From Lepidodermella squamata (Eukaryota > Animalia > Gastrotricha), in the NCBI GenBank assembly GCA_047495785.1, contig JBLDXI010000030.1, forward strand, positions 248,001 to 312,000: a stretch of DNA of 64,000 bases, in the 5' to 3' direction. Within the stretch, counting starts at the first letter, position 1; each line of letters opens with the position of its first letter. Both the position numbers and the translations under genes were made by a program. The notes beneath the pieces were generated by a model. That model did no database searches, was not told where the DNA came from, and saw nothing but the letters and a program-made list of their open reading frames with translations. Below, in pieces: positions 62,439 through 64,000 of this stretch.

Positions 62439-63722
62439 ACATGGCCAGACTTCAGCTCGTTGTAATTATATAATTGCGATTCGCGGAATTAAAATGCAAA
62501 ATGTGCAACTACTTGAATAAGACTATGCTATCGTACAAACTCTCGGTGAAGCCGCTCGTGCTGAATTGTATGTGACGAGGCAGCTGCCAAGTCAATACAA
62601 TTCTGACCAGTCGCTTGCCGAGTCTCAAATAAATGACGAGGCGTATTTCCTTAGCCTTCTTAGATCTGGGAAATTAGGAATAGGATTCAGGGCGGAACAT
62701 TTTACTGCTGAATGAAATAAGGTAAACAAGCAAAAGTTCGACTTTCGACTTCAATAACGCGTACGAACCAGATTGCATCTAATTGATTTGTCATAGGCAC
62801 GTTAGTATAACGAAAAGCAAATACAATTTTTAGTCGTAGGATTTGATGGAAAAGCGATATCATAATTATGACTCAAAAATGAAAAACCAGTCGCCTAATC
62901 CGACATGTTTCAGCTTTTATTCAGCCATCTTCAGGGTCTGACAACAAATAAGGAAATCAACAATCAAGTTTCGAGACTAATATTAAAACAAGTTTACCAA
63001 TTTTGTCACCAATCGTTTTTTTCGTGTAATTATCAAAAATTAATCGTATGATTAATCATACGATTAAAATCAAATATTAATCAAAAGCAAATACTAACTA
63101 CTATTATTATTTAATACACCAATAACTTCATTCAATGTAACGTTGTTCACTGATAGATGTTAGATATCCTCACGACTCTGTAGCTGAGTACCACACGAAT
63201 CCCTTACTTTTTTGTACATTAAAATGTAAAATGTACTGCTGACTTGGAAAAATTCACGATTTCTGCGGTGAGGCGCCATAACTTAATGTGAGTGTATATG
63301 ATTTTCCTTCGAAAAGCACAATTCCGAATTCTCTCGGATTTGATTAGTTCTTGGATAGTCTACTAATCACTCACCACGATCGAGCCCACTCTCGATTGCA
63401 AGCTTGCCCTCTACGAAAGCGGTTCGGCGATTTACAAGCTCATTACATTTACCCAGATGAGAACCGCTACTGGGGCTTGCGATTTAGTCATCACTTTGGA
63501 AAGTTTTTGGTTTATTAGCTCAACCAGTTTTTTCCAAGTGATTGGGAACTTGATGAGACAATTAAAATGCGGTAAAACATGTAAATATACCGACTTTTTG
63601 CTATAATTCGCCTGTTTTAACAATAAGCAAACATATTTTATTCCATATAAGTTAGACATCAGACATCAGACATTTAATGCACTACCCAATCCTTACCCAG
63701 ACGCAACTACTATCGCTAGAAA

Positions 63723-64000
63723 ATGTTTAGAAACCCACCGTCATTGTTGCTAGGCTAACTATGTTTGGCATCGCGTTGCGCCCAATATGGAGATTGCGCT
63801 AGATCCTTCGGCATCAATGACGAAGGTGGCGCCAGTTACGATCCTGCAACCTCGGCTGTGAAAGCAACTACTCCTCTGAGCCAAGCCACCACGTCGCTAG
63901 GGAATAACACTACTACCAAGCCTTTAACTAGAACCACTGCACCTTCAAGGGGGACGACCAGCGCTTCATCGACTTCTACTGTTAAAACAACTAAGCCTGT
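63723..64000 (+). pseudogene. 5' part of another mucin-type family member with an in-frame TAA in the signal peptide (runs off the window)
   Basis: MFRNPPSLLLG*LCLASRCA followed by a T/S-rich frame (AVKATTPLSQATTSLG..); TAA at 63756-63758; the family promoter motif lies at 63619. Confidence 0.6.

Noticed and set aside
21322-63758. Three in-frame TAA codons (21322, 43303, 63756) suggesting stop-codon reassignment
   Set aside because: They replace different residues (Leu, Tyr, probably Cys), G6 has other lesions, and TAA is the genuine terminator of LGIC-B, gene X and the 60894 gene.

Overview
Eukaryotic (metazoan, invertebrate-type) DNA from a very compact genome; host introns are mostly about 46-65 nt and GT-AG. 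The species cannot be determined from the sequence alone. 0.3-11.5 kb holds a receptor cluster. It has two convergent Cys-loop ligand-gated ion channel (pLGIC) genes with very large N-terminal ectodomains (mucin/sushi/EGF/CUB-like in one; sushi-like/LamG-like/L-type-lectin-like/mucin in the other), plus a GABA-B-like class C GPCR. 12-24 kb is a duplicated block carrying a secreted protein with an unrecognised 4-Cys repeat, 2 EGF and 2 C-type-lectin-like domains; the second copy has a nonsense codon. 24.7-50 kb is a tandem array of seven paralogues built as signal peptide - 2 sushi-like - LamG-like - L-lectin-like - mucin stalk - SEA domain - GPI-type tail, five of them disrupted. Mucin-only SEA/GPI relatives follow at 45, 61 and 64 kb. 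The main observation is that the ectodomain cassette of the minus-strand pLGIC is homologous to that of the SEA/GPI array, with three introns shared in position and phase. One glycan-binding-type module is therefore wired either to an ion channel or to a sheddable GPI-type anchor. Mobile DNA includes an apparently intact intron-containing Ginger1 transposon with a Ulp1 protease domain, several hAT-, Tc2/pogo- and CMC-like MITEs (some nested) and a CR1/L2 reverse-transcriptase fragment. Domain names come from motif recognition by eye, not from database searches.
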